A stretch of 64,000 nt of DNA from Bacteroidales bacterium (lineage in GTDB: Bacteria; Bacteroidota; Bacteroidia; Bacteroidales; B39-G9), in the NCBI GenBank assembly GCA_023133485.1, contig JAGLWK010000006.1:12218-76217 (forward strand), written 5' to 3'. Position 1 is the first letter of the stretch, and the number at the start of each line of letters is the position of its first letter. Below are positions 34,405-43,066 of this stretch, piece after piece. A program made the translations under genes and the position numbers. Below the pieces are notes generated by a model. It ran no database searches. It was not told where the DNA came from and worked only from the letters and a program-made list of their open reading frames with translations.

Positions 34405-35289
34405 ATGTATTCAGAACATTATCAAGAAGAACATTTACCGGAAGAAGAATATTATTCAGAAGAAGATTTTCCCGAACGTAGAATTGAAGAAGCAAGAAAA
34501 TCTGTAATTGTCCCACACGGATATCCGACCCCTCTATCATTTGAAAAGGAAGTTTTATATCAAAATTTAATAATTGAAATATCTTCGACTTCAAATTCTT
34601 TTATAAAAAATTTTGAAATAGAACTTGATAGAGATTACGATTATTGTGTTGGTTTTGGTGTGTTTGTTTCTACTGGTGGTTCATATGTTGAAAATAATGT
34701 TTGTTTAAACATATACGATTCAGTAAGGAGTTATTTTGATTTTACGAATATAGATTTGTTTAAAATCAATTCTACTGTTTGGAAAAATAATTATTTTTTC
34801 CCGACTTTTATTTGTGCAAGAGGTAACGTTCTGAGTTTTGCAGTAAAGGGCAATAAACTTGATGTTGATTTGAAATTTTCTGTTTTTTTAAAACTTGTTA
34901 GAGGAAAAAAAATAGAAAAACCGCTTTATGATTATAATTTTCAACAGACAAAGATGGTACATTTTTTATCTGATGCAATTGCAAGTGATGAATTTGATGT
35001 TAAATTAAATAATGAATACAAGGAAGTTGTTGGGTTTACGGTTAATGGTAATTTATTGAGTTTTTTGAATATGAAAATAAAAACAAATACTAAAATATAT
35101 TTACCTTTAATTAATATGGCAAATATTGTAAATAGTTCAGGGGTTCCTTTGTTTTTTAAGTTTTTACCTTTAAACATACCAGCATATAGAAATATTGTTT
35201 CTTTATATTATGATAAGTTTGCAGATTCTGGTTTAGAAGATGTGTATTTAATAACAACATTTTTATTACGAAGGTTACATAAAGGTTAA
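34405..35289 (+). CDS. candidate major capsid protein (tandem duplicated beta-rich domains)
   Basis: 294 aa with two ~110-aa halves that align: FEIELDRDYDYCVGFGVF.../FDVKLNNEYKEVVGFTVN..., FFPTFICARGNVLSF/FFKFLPLNIPAYRNIVSL, and DLKFSVFLKLVR/DVYLITTFLLRR. Confidence 0.45.
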   Translation: MYSEHYQEEHLPEEEYYSEEDFPERRIEEARKSVIVPHGYPTPLSFEKEVLYQNLIIEISSTSNSFIKNFEIELDRDYDYCVGFGVFVSTGGSYVENNVCLNIYDSVRSYFDFTNIDLFKINSTVWKNNYFFPTFICARGNVLSFAVKGNKLDVDLKFSVFLKLVRGKKIEKPLYDYNFQQTKMVHFLSDAIASDEFDVKLNNEYKEVVGFTVNGNLLSFLNMKIKTNTKIYLPLINMANIVNSSGVPLFFKFLPLNIPAYRNIVSLYYDKFADSGLEDVYLITTFLLRRLHKG

Positions 35290-35290
35290 T

Positions 35291-35683
35291 ATGCTTAAAA
35301 AAATCATAGATAATTATATTGAGTTAAACAAGATAAAAAAATATTGTTTAATAGATGAAGTTTGGACTATGTCTGAATGGGAGTCTGATAATGTATTGTC
35401 ACTGAGTAATGATATTATTTTTGTTTATGATTTTAATTCTCTTGTCAATATTGATGTTGTAACTGATTTTTTGAAGGGTTTTATTGTTTTACGTAGCCCG
35501 AAAAAATTTATTGACTATAAACAATTGGTTATTGCAAGAAATATCGGTGAGGCAATACAGTTAAGTTCTTCTTTTATTTCTATTCACAATACAAGTCTAA
35601 CATTCGAAATAGCAACAAGCAAGCTTTATAGCACAATGTATTCAGGTCATATTAAATTTATAAGATTGCGAAATGTTAACTAA
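35291..35683 (+). CDS. hypothetical protein
   Basis: 130-aa ORF starting 1 nt after the previous stop. Confidence 0.45.
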   Translation: MLKKIIDNYIELNKIKKYCLIDEVWTMSEWESDNVLSLSNDIIFVYDFNSLVNIDVVTDFLKGFIVLRSPKKFIDYKQLVIARNIGEAIQLSSSFISIHNTSLTFEIATSKLYSTMYSGHIKFIRLRNVN

Positions 35684-36461
35684 AAACGAAATATTTGAGT
35701 TAATAAAAACAAATGAGACGCCTTTTTGGAAACTTATGTTATCAAAAGGTTATAATACTACTGTTAATATTGGTTCTTATAATCTTGAAAATGTTGGTAA
35801 AGATGCAACTATTGATGAAAAAGTTAAAAAGTCATGTCAGGCGTTGGATTTTAAATTGAAAATTTTTGACGATGCAAAAGATACAAAGTTTGCGATTACT
35901 ATGTCAAATGCAAAAACATCAAATCAAGATGGAATATTAGGTCCTTTTGAATTTGTTATTGATGCAGAATATAAAAATAACAATCAACAGTTTAATAATA
36001 TTGAAGGATTAGGATATATTTCATCTGACAGGCTTAGTGAGATGTTAAGTATTGAAAGAGAAAAGAGTAAAATTGAGTTGGAAAAAGCATTATTAGAGCG
36101 TGATAAAAGAGATATGAAAAAGCAATTAAGTTTAAAAGATGATGAATTGCAGGGAATAATATCAAAAAACGAGTCAGGAACCGAAAAACTTGCAAATGTA
36201 ATAGTTAAGGCAGCCGAAAAGGGTTATAGTGTTTTAATGGATGGAAATGGTGGTAATCTTGCTGGTGTTAAAGATAACAAGGTAAGAGAGGATGAGGAAG
36301 AAAAATCGGAGGAACAAATAATAGTTGAAGAAATAGCAACTAATATTTTTAATGAAATAAAGGATAAGGAAAAATTAAAAAAGGTTAAGGTTTTTGTTGA
36401 ACAATTTATTGAAAAAATAAAATCAACTAATGGGATTCGTACAGAAAAAAACGAAGATTGA
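35673..36461 (+). CDS. acidic coiled-coil protein (scaffold-like)
   Basis: 262 aa with a central LSIEREKSKIELEKALLERDKRDMKKQLSLKDDELQ and an acidic tail. Confidence 0.5.
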   Translation: MLTKNEIFELIKTNETPFWKLMLSKGYNTTVNIGSYNLENVGKDATIDEKVKKSCQALDFKLKIFDDAKDTKFAITMSNAKTSNQDGILGPFEFVIDAEYKNNNQQFNNIEGLGYISSDRLSEMLSIEREKSKIELEKALLERDKRDMKKQLSLKDDELQGIISKNESGTEKLANVIVKAAEKGYSVLMDGNGGNLAGVKDNKVREDEEEKSEEQIIVEEIATNIFNEIKDKEKLKKVKVFVEQFIEKIKSTNGIRTEKNED

Positions 36462-36627
36462 AATAATAATACCTTATTTAGATAACGATTCCGAAAAGGT
36501 TACAAAATATATTGAAGATATTTTATCAAATACAGACATAAACGATTTACGAATTATGTCTGAAATATCAAAACGCCCGCAGATTAAAAAAATGGCGTTA
36601 AATGCTGCAAATAAATTTATTAATTAA
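36430..36627 (+). CDS. small hypothetical protein overlapping previous gene in +1 frame
   Basis: 65-aa ORF. It overlaps the previous gene by 32 nt, and the overlap contains an A7 run (36445-36451). Confidence 0.35.
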   Translation: MGFVQKKTKIEIIIPYLDNDSEKVTKYIEDILSNTDINDLRIMSEISKRPQIKKMALNAANKFIN

Positions 36628-36647
36628 TTATTTAAAATTGTTTTATT

Positions 36648-36869
36648 ATGAAATATCCAAAAAAGCCTAAACTAAAAAGTTTACCGAAAAGGCCTAAGGC
36701 ATCTGCAACCGTTCAAACGTGGGAAATCTATGAGAAAAGATGCCAAGAGGTGCAGAAAGAAAATGCAACTAAGTTAAAAAACTGGGAAAGTGATAAGAAA
36801 AAAATTGATTTAGGTTTGAAGAAAAAACAAAAAATCCAGGAAAAAACCAAAGGTATTGGTAGGATGTAA
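36648..36869 (+). CDS. Lys-rich small protein
   Basis: 73 aa, beginning MKYPKKPKLKSLPKRPKASA... and very basic. Confidence 0.4.
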   Translation: MKYPKKPKLKSLPKRPKASATVQTWEIYEKRCQEVQKENATKLKNWESDKKKIDLGLKKKQKIQEKTKGIGRM

Positions 36870-36991
36870 TTAAAATTTTGATAGCAAAAAAAACAAAGAA
36901 CAAAACTGATCATGTTAGATCTATAATTGTTTTGCTATCAAATATATTCCTACAGTTTAATGTCCGGGAAGTTTTTTGTTATCAAAAAAAT

Positions 36992-37918
36992 ATGGCAGAA
37001 ATAAAAGAAATATTATCATATCAGGGAAAAACCGTATTTCCAAAAGGCAGTAGTTTAAATGTACGTCATTTACCGTCTGTTAAAAAAGGGAAGATACTTT
37101 TCAATGTAAAACGAGGCAAGTCTGTTGGAACTGCTACTGGTGGTTTTGTTTTTTTTAGTAATGATAAGGTTGGTAGTAAAAACGTATGGTCTCAAATATT
37201 TTTACCTAAAAAATATAACGGCAAAAACACAGGGTATGTAAGAACTGATGTTGTTGGTTTTGATATTGTTGAAGAAGCAGGCGGGGATGTTACAGGGAAT
37301 GATTCAAAAACAGTAATAAGAGGACTTGTTAAAAATGATGTTCTTATATATAAGAGATTGCTGGTAATTTCAGAAGTGCTTGAAAGATCAGAAAGATTAA
37401 ATGTTAATATAGGTAGTTCAAAAGAATTATTATCACAGTTAACAAACAGATATGAAGCACGTCAGAAATCTTTAAGAAAAAACAAGGCTGTTGAAACAAT
37501 TGATTTTTTTGATAATGTTTATTCATGGCTAAAAAATAAATTTGGTTTATCTGGTATATATAATATTGGTGCAGTACAGTTTATTCCTATAGCTGTTGGT
37601 GCCGTTGCGGGTATAGTTGCATCGGTGGCATTATATTATATGTTTAAGCCGAAATATGATGAGAGTCAGCGGGATTTGAAAATCACTGGTTGTTTTAAAG
37701 AGTTTTTGAATAAATTACCTGAAGATAAAAAAAATAAAATTACGGAAGATTTGGAAAAACAAATTGACGATGCTTATAATGTTGGTTTAACTGAAGGTAA
37801 GTTTGGCAGTCTTTTTTCAACCTTAAAGTATGTTTTAATAGCTGGTGGTGGTTTTGTTCTTATAAGCAAGTTGCCTGATTTAATTAATAAAACTAAAAAT
37901 AGTAAAAAGGGTGAATAA
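36992..37918 (+). CDS. membrane protein of lysis/structural block
   Basis: The ATG at 36992 (MAEIKEIL...) is preferred because the listed 36878 start runs through the intergenic motif cluster. TM helices are FIPIAVGAVAGIVASVALYYMF and YVLIAGGGFVLISKL. Confidence 0.5.
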   Translation: MAEIKEILSYQGKTVFPKGSSLNVRHLPSVKKGKILFNVKRGKSVGTATGGFVFFSNDKVGSKNVWSQIFLPKKYNGKNTGYVRTDVVGFDIVEEAGGDVTGNDSKTVIRGLVKNDVLIYKRLLVISEVLERSERLNVNIGSSKELLSQLTNRYEARQKSLRKNKAVETIDFFDNVYSWLKNKFGLSGIYNIGAVQFIPIAVGAVAGIVASVALYYMFKPKYDESQRDLKITGCFKEFLNKLPEDKKNKITEDLEKQIDDAYNVGLTEGKFGSLFSTLKYVLIAGGGFVLISKLPDLINKTKNSKKGE

Positions 37919-38417
37919 TAGTTTTGAAAATATTAAATATTTTAAATTAAAAGAATTTGATTCTCCAGACATGTATGGTTCAGGTAAAAATATGCAGCGT
38001 AGGTTTTTGTTAAAATTAGATAAAGCAAGGGAAACTGCCAATATTCCTTTTATTATAACTTCCGGTTTTAGAACAGAAAATTATAATCAGGAACTTATCG
38101 ACAAAGGCTATCAGGCCGTTAATGAATCCGCACACTGTATTGGATTAGCAGCTGATATTTATTATTCTCAAAAAAATTTTAATATTATGCTTAATTCTTT
38201 AATTGGTGCAGGATTTAAGCGTATTGGTATTGGTAAAAGTTTTTTTCATGTCGATATTGACGATAATAATCGTCCATCACCTGCTGTTTGGGTTTATGAT
38301 ACTACACCCTCATCAATTGCGAAACTTAAAGGAAAAATATATAATTATATAAAAGATATTATTGCGTCAAAAAAAAAGTTAAAACATTTTGTTTGTTGGT
38401 TACAGGAGCCGTATTAG
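37911..38417 (+). CDS. peptidase M15 family (zinc D-Ala-D-Ala carboxypeptidase-like) cell-wall hydrolase, probable endolysin
   Basis: SGFRTENYNQ...ESAHCIGLAADIY...GIGKSFFHVDID matches the M15A H-x6-D...H-x-D zinc site. The GTG start overlaps the upstream stop. Confidence 0.8.
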   Translation: MNNSFENIKYFKLKEFDSPDMYGSGKNMQRRFLLKLDKARETANIPFIITSGFRTENYNQELIDKGYQAVNESAHCIGLAADIYYSQKNFNIMLNSLIGAGFKRIGIGKSFFHVDIDDNNRPSPAVWVYDTTPSSIAKLKGKIYNYIKDIIASKKKLKHFVCWLQEPY

Positions 38418-38447
38418 TTTTTACAACTATAAAAATAAGTGAGACAA

Positions 38448-38915
38448 ATGATTAAACACGAAATAAAAGGATACGATATTAGCCTTGATATAATAAAAAC
38501 TATACCGCAAGCAAGGGCATTAAACGTAGAAAATTCTATTACGGAATATGACACATTTATACCAACGTCAACAATATACACCGAAGGTGCTGTAATAGAT
38601 GTAAGAACAAGCGATTATGTAACACTATATTGGCAGAAATCAGCTTCAGATGCTGATAATTCATGTTTAAGAATTATTACACTTGAAACATCAGGTGGGA
38701 CAGTTGATTATCGGGAAGTTTTTGATGGTGTAATTACGGGAGGTGTGATATCTTTATCAGAAGTTGTTTACGAGATTGATAAGGCTGTGGGTGTTAATAA
38801 AAAAACATTTAACGTTGTGGGCTTAAATTATATTCGCTTTGATGTTGCAAAAGCAACAGATGTAGGTACCGACTCAATATTTACAACAAAAATTAGTAAA
38901 CGACCAACTCCTTGA
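38448..38915 (+). CDS. small beta-rich virion-protein candidate
   Basis: 155 aa from the ATG at 38448, with alternating beta-strand-like sequence (VTLYWQK, CLRIITLE, YIRFDVAK). Confidence 0.45.
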   Translation: MIKHEIKGYDISLDIIKTIPQARALNVENSITEYDTFIPTSTIYTEGAVIDVRTSDYVTLYWQKSASDADNSCLRIITLETSGGTVDYREVFDGVITGGVISLSEVVYEIDKAVGVNKKTFNVVGLNYIRFDVAKATDVGTDSIFTTKISKRPTP

Positions 38916-38983
38916 TTTATATTTAAAAAATCACAGGGAATATACAAGTTTAATATAGTTAAATGTTTTTATGAAAAACAGAT

Positions 38984-40183
38984 ATGAGGGAATCAATATA
39001 CAGCAAAGATATTAGATGTATATTTAGGGAGGTTTTTAATTCTGAACAAGATGTTATTCGGAATGGCGTCTTAGTTGGTAGTGCAGCTTTTATTAATAAT
39101 GGTTTGATAACACTCATTGATGATGTTAATTCTTATGTAGATTGTAAAAAATTAATAAATAAAATATGTTCTGTTCGTTTTAAAATTAAACCAATTGATT
39201 TTCATCAATATCAATATTTAGCTGATTTTAGACATAGTGGTGGAATAGGTTGTATTTATATTAATATAAATAATGGTATTGTTTTTGTAAGTAGTGGAAA
39301 TATTTATGTTGATGGTGTGCAAACAAATGTTGTTACAGCAGGAGTTTACAATGAGATAGTTGTTGTTGGTATAAATATTAATTGTACAAAATTAGTTTTT
39401 TTTGCTAAAAACGACCATAGTGTTAATCAAATGTTCGGCGGTGAAGTAGATTTAATAGAGGTCTATGGAGGAGTTCTTTCGACCGAAGAAATAAGTAATT
39501 TATATAATAACAAAGCATATAAAGAGACTTTATTCAAAGATGAAGTATTAAGTATAGATTCAAGATTGGGAGAGGTTATTGATAGATGGGGTAATTCTAT
39601 TATTAATACAGATGTTGATATTATTAGGGATGGTTATATATATAACCAATATTATAATGGTATAACATCTCTACTTGCGATTTTTAATAATGTTAAATTA
39701 AATTTTGGTGAGGGTAATTTTAGTATTTTAGTTTGGATAAAAGCCACTGTCGATAATACAGTGAGATATAAGGTAATTTTAGGAAAAACCGAAACGGAAA
39801 ACAAGAATGTTTATAGATTATTTTTATTTAGTAGTAATGGTTATCCTTATTTAAGAATAGCTAATGGTTTAACATGGATTGATATAAGTTATTTTCAAGA
39901 TTTAAGAGATAATGTATGGCATTTAGTATGTGTAACTGTAAACAGAAGCGGAAACGGTATTATGTATGTAGATGCTTGTGCGGGTACACCGGTTAGTTTA
40001 AATTTTTTTTTAGGCAGCATTGATAATATTAATAATTTAAGTGTCGGATTTGATTCTGACTGGGGGGTTGCGAATGCTTATTTTGAAGGAGCTATAAGCG
40101 TGTTAAAATTTGTAAAAAAAGAATTGACTGCAGAACAAATATCACAAATTTTTATGTCAACTAAAAATTATTACGGATTATAA
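38984..40183 (+). CDS. LamG/concanavalin-A-like lectin domain protein (receptor-binding/spike candidate)
   Basis: 399 aa. FSILVWIKAT...VWHLVCVTVNRSGNGIMYVDACAG...FEGAISVLKFVKKELTAEQISQIF is typical of Laminin_G_3-type domains, and an earlier similar half suggests two such domains. Confidence 0.6.
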   Translation: MRESIYSKDIRCIFREVFNSEQDVIRNGVLVGSAAFINNGLITLIDDVNSYVDCKKLINKICSVRFKIKPIDFHQYQYLADFRHSGGIGCIYININNGIVFVSSGNIYVDGVQTNVVTAGVYNEIVVVGININCTKLVFFAKNDHSVNQMFGGEVDLIEVYGGVLSTEEISNLYNNKAYKETLFKDEVLSIDSRLGEVIDRWGNSIINTDVDIIRDGYIYNQYYNGITSLLAIFNNVKLNFGEGNFSILVWIKATVDNTVRYKVILGKTETENKNVYRLFLFSSNGYPYLRIANGLTWIDISYFQDLRDNVWHLVCVTVNRSGNGIMYVDACAGTPVSLNFFLGSIDNINNLSVGFDSDWGVANAYFEGAISVLKFVKKELTAEQISQIFMSTKNYYGL

Positions 40184-40209
40184 ATTTTAAATATAAAAAA
40201 CTTATCTTC

Positions 40210-40431
40210 ATGAATAATATTCCAGATATACCGGGAGGAGCGTTAACAATAATGGCAATATTGTTAAATATTAACGAATGGGTTTTTGTTCATTTGAATT
40301 TTAATTTTGTTATGACATTTATAATATCTTTATTATCAGTAGTATATTTAGTTTGTAGAATTTATTTAGTATTTATTAATATAAAAAAAGGTAAAATAGA
40401 ATTAAGAAAGAATATAAAAAATAGTGATTAA
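40210..40431 (+). CDS. holin-like two-TM small protein
   Basis: 73 aa with helices GGALTIMAILLNINEWVFV and FVMTFIISLLSVVYLVCRIYLVFI and a basic C-terminus. It lies next to the lysin block. Confidence 0.45.
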   Translation: MNNIPDIPGGALTIMAILLNINEWVFVHLNFNFVMTFIISLLSVVYLVCRIYLVFINIKKGKIELRKNIKNSD

Positions 40432-41603
40432 AGATTATTCCATTTTTCCATTTCTTTAAATTTTAACTTATCAACTATTTTAGCATAAATTTGTGTTGTT
40501 TTTAAATCTTTATGTCCTAAAATTTTACTTATTACCTCAATTGGTATTCCTATCGTTAAGCTAATTACAGCAAATGTATGTCTTGAGCAATGAAATGATA
40601 TGTTTTTATTGATATTTGCATAAAGTATTATGATTTTTAAAAATTCGTTTGTTTTTTGGTTTGTAATAACTCTAAACAATTTTTCTTCTGGTTCTTTTTT
40701 TGTTAAATGTTTTATAGCATGCCTGGTTAACGGTATTGTTATATATTCTTTGGTTTTATGCTGTTTAAAAGACAGTTGGTTGTTGTTTATATTACAACTT
40801 TTTAATCTTTCCATATCACTGTATCTAACACCAGTATAACAAGCGAAAAGAAAATATCTTAATACGTTTTTTAATTTTTCTGGTATATTTTTTATGAGTA
40901 GTTTTTCGAGTGATTTTAATTCTTCAATTGTTAGAAATTCTTTATGAGTTTCTTCATATCTTATTTTTAAATGTGCAAATGGATTTTTGGTTATTAAGTT
41001 TTTTCTAATAGCTATATTTAATAGTTTTTTTATAGCTTTAAAACTTCCAGATATTGTATTGGTACAATTATTTAATTTATTTCTAAGATAAAATTCGTAT
41101 TCATTTAAAAAGTTCAAGTCAATATCTGTTATAAGTATAGTGTTTCTAAATTTTTTTAATTTTGATAATTCTTTCTTATAATACTTAATTGTTCCTTTTG
41201 CATATTTCCCTGGCATTAATTCAATTTCTTTTTTAAAAAAATCAAAAAATGACAAAGGTTCTGAATTATTTGAATATGTTTTTTTTAAAATATTGAAAGA
41301 AATTTCTTTGTTTTGGAGTTGAAGATTTAATAAAATATCATCAATTTTTAATTTTTCTTTAATTAAAAAATGGTTGATTTTATTTGAAAGTGGATGTTGT
41401 GATTTGACTATACCTTTCCCTTCATCCCAAAAGGAAGGTTTTATAAACTTGTTTAAACTAATATAATTAGTTTTTCTGTTTATTGTTATTCTTATGTAGA
41501 AGCAAGCCGTTTCGTCTTTACGAATAAAATCCTTTCTTAAAATGATTTTAGTGTTTAACGATTTGTTTAACGGCCCGTTTATCGTTAAACAATTGGTAAA
41601 CAT
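40428..41603 (-). CDS. tyrosine-type site-specific integrase
   Basis: 391 aa with the Bacteroidetes integrase layout (arm-binding N-domain, SAM-like core binding). The catalytic region has VRYSD, HCSRHTFA and LGHKDLKTTQIYAKI. It lies 110 bp from the tRNA 3' end. Confidence 0.9.
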   Translation of the reverse strand: MFTNCLTINGPLNKSLNTKIILRKDFIRKDETACFYIRITINRKTNYISLNKFIKPSFWDEGKGIVKSQHPLSNKINHFLIKEKLKIDDILLNLQLQNKEISFNILKKTYSNNSEPLSFFDFFKKEIELMPGKYAKGTIKYYKKELSKLKKFRNTILITDIDLNFLNEYEFYLRNKLNNCTNTISGSFKAIKKLLNIAIRKNLITKNPFAHLKIRYEETHKEFLTIEELKSLEKLLIKNIPEKLKNVLRYFLFACYTGVRYSDMERLKSCNINNNQLSFKQHKTKEYITIPLTRHAIKHLTKKEPEEKLFRVITNQKTNEFLKIIILYANINKNISFHCSRHTFAVISLTIGIPIEVISKILGHKDLKTTQIYAKIVDKLKFKEMEKWNNL

Positions 41604-41713
41604 TTTTAGTTTGTTTAAAAAATGAAAACAAATGTTTAACGATACAAAAACCCGAAAATCAATTAATTATGTTTTTTAGGCGAATGTTTTCAAACGCTTA
41701 AAAAACGCTTTTA

Positions 41714-41728
41714 GTGATCCAGCTGGGT
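41714..41728. repeat. attR core
   Basis: GTGATCCAGCTGGGT is identical to 22223-22237 and overlaps the discriminator, 3' acceptor strand and T-stem of the tRNA. Confidence 0.75.
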
Positions 41729-41787
41729 TTCGAACCCAGGACCCCATCCTTAAAAGGGATGTGCTCTACCAGCTGAGCTACTGAATC
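41715..41787 (-). tRNA. tRNA-Lys (anticodon UUU)
   Basis: The reverse complement folds as a 73-nt cloverleaf: GATTCAG TA GCTC AGCTGGTA GAGC A CATCC CTTTTAA GGATG GGGTC CTGGG TTCGAAA CCCAG CTGGATC A. No CCA is encoded. Confidence 0.9.
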
Positions 41788-41900
41788 AAATTCTTCAAAA
41801 ATCGACTGCAAAGATAATAGCAATATTTTATTTTACAAATGCATTTAACATTTTTTTAATATATATATTATTTTTATATAAACATCAGAAATAGAGCATA

Positions 41901-42941
41901 TTAAAACATAAATACTTTTCTATCGCCATTTGATTTTGCATATCCTCTGAACATTCCTGAGGTATTAAAACTGAATGTTATATTACCTGTTTTATCTATT
42001 GCAATTATACCTCCATTTCCATTGGCTTTAACCAATTTGTTGTTAATAACATAATCTGCAGCTTCTTGTAGTGAATAGTTTTTGTATTCTATTAAAGCCG
42101 ATATATCATAAGCTACAACATACCTGATAAAGTATTCACCATGTCCTGTAGATGAAATTGCACATGTTTTATTATTTGCATATGTTCCTGCACCAATTAT
42201 CGGCGAATCACCTATTCTTCCGTATTTTTTGTTAGTACGACCTCCTGTTGATGTTCCTGCTGCAAGATTTCCATATTTATCTAAAGCAACACAACCAACT
42301 GTTCCGTGTTTATTTTCTGATAATTCATTTTCTTTTTTCAAAATTTTCTGAAGATTTTCCCATCTTTTATCAGTATAAAAATATTCCCGGTCAACTATTT
42401 CAAGATTTTGATTTTTTGCGAATTCTAAAGCACCTTCACCTGAAAGTAATACGTGTTCGGAATTTATCATAACCAGTTTTGCAGCAGATATAGGATTTTT
42501 TATATTTGTAACTCCTGCCACAGCACCTGCATTTAAAGTTTTGCCATCCATTATTGAGGCGTCAAGTTCATTAGTGCCATTATGTGTAAATACAGCACCC
42601 TTTCCCGCATTAAAAAGCGGTGAATTTTCAAGTATCATTATTGTTTTTTCAACTGCATCAATAGCTGTACCATTATTTTTCAGGATATAAATACCGGAAT
42701 CTAAAGCTTCACTTAATTTTGTTTTATACTTAACCTGAATAGAATCAGGAATATCGTTTTTCGAAAAATTCCCTGCACCACCATGAATAGCGATTGCGTA
42801 CAGATTATTATTATAATTTTCGTTTTTTTTATTCGTATTATTTCCTATATCTATATTCAAGAATTTAATTACTGGAATAAATAATATAACCGGTATAATA
42901 AACAGAACTATTATCCATAAGTATGGTTTTATTGTCTTCAT
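41901..42941 (-). CDS. isoaspartyl peptidase / L-asparaginase (Ntn-hydrolase, asparaginase_2 family)
   Basis: IHGGAG, LFNAGKGAVFT, the autoprocessing site HGTVGCVALD, and GDSPIIGAGTYA. It has an N-terminal signal/anchor. Confidence 0.85.
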   Translation of the reverse strand: MKTIKPYLWIIVLFIIPVILFIPVIKFLNIDIGNNTNKKNENYNNNLYAIAIHGGAGNFSKNDIPDSIQVKYKTKLSEALDSGIYILKNNGTAIDAVEKTIMILENSPLFNAGKGAVFTHNGTNELDASIMDGKTLNAGAVAGVTNIKNPISAAKLVMINSEHVLLSGEGALEFAKNQNLEIVDREYFYTDKRWENLQKILKKENELSENKHGTVGCVALDKYGNLAAGTSTGGRTNKKYGRIGDSPIIGAGTYANNKTCAISSTGHGEYFIRYVVAYDISALIEYKNYSLQEAADYVINNKLVKANGNGGIIAIDKTGNITFSFNTSGMFRGYAKSNGDRKVFMF

Positions 42942-43066
42942 AAGATAATATTTTAATCTTTGGATTTACAGTAATGTAAATTTACTAAAAATAATCATTA
43001 AAATAATTACTATTTTTCAAGCATAATTAGTGCTTATAAGAAAACCTTTGAAATTTATAATTATAC

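Larger units (their letters stand above)
22223..41728. mobile_element. integrated ~19.5-kb prophage-like element at tRNA-Lys (tail-less / non-caudoviral gene content)
   Basis: A 15-bp perfect direct repeat GTGATCCAGCTGGGT lies at 22223-22237 and 41714-41728, and the latter is the 3' end of the tRNA. Partial tRNA-like similarity extends ~13 bp further at attL. A tyrosine integrase abuts attR. The interior has lysogeny switch, Rep, SSB, lysin and structural-looking genes. Confidence 0.8.
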
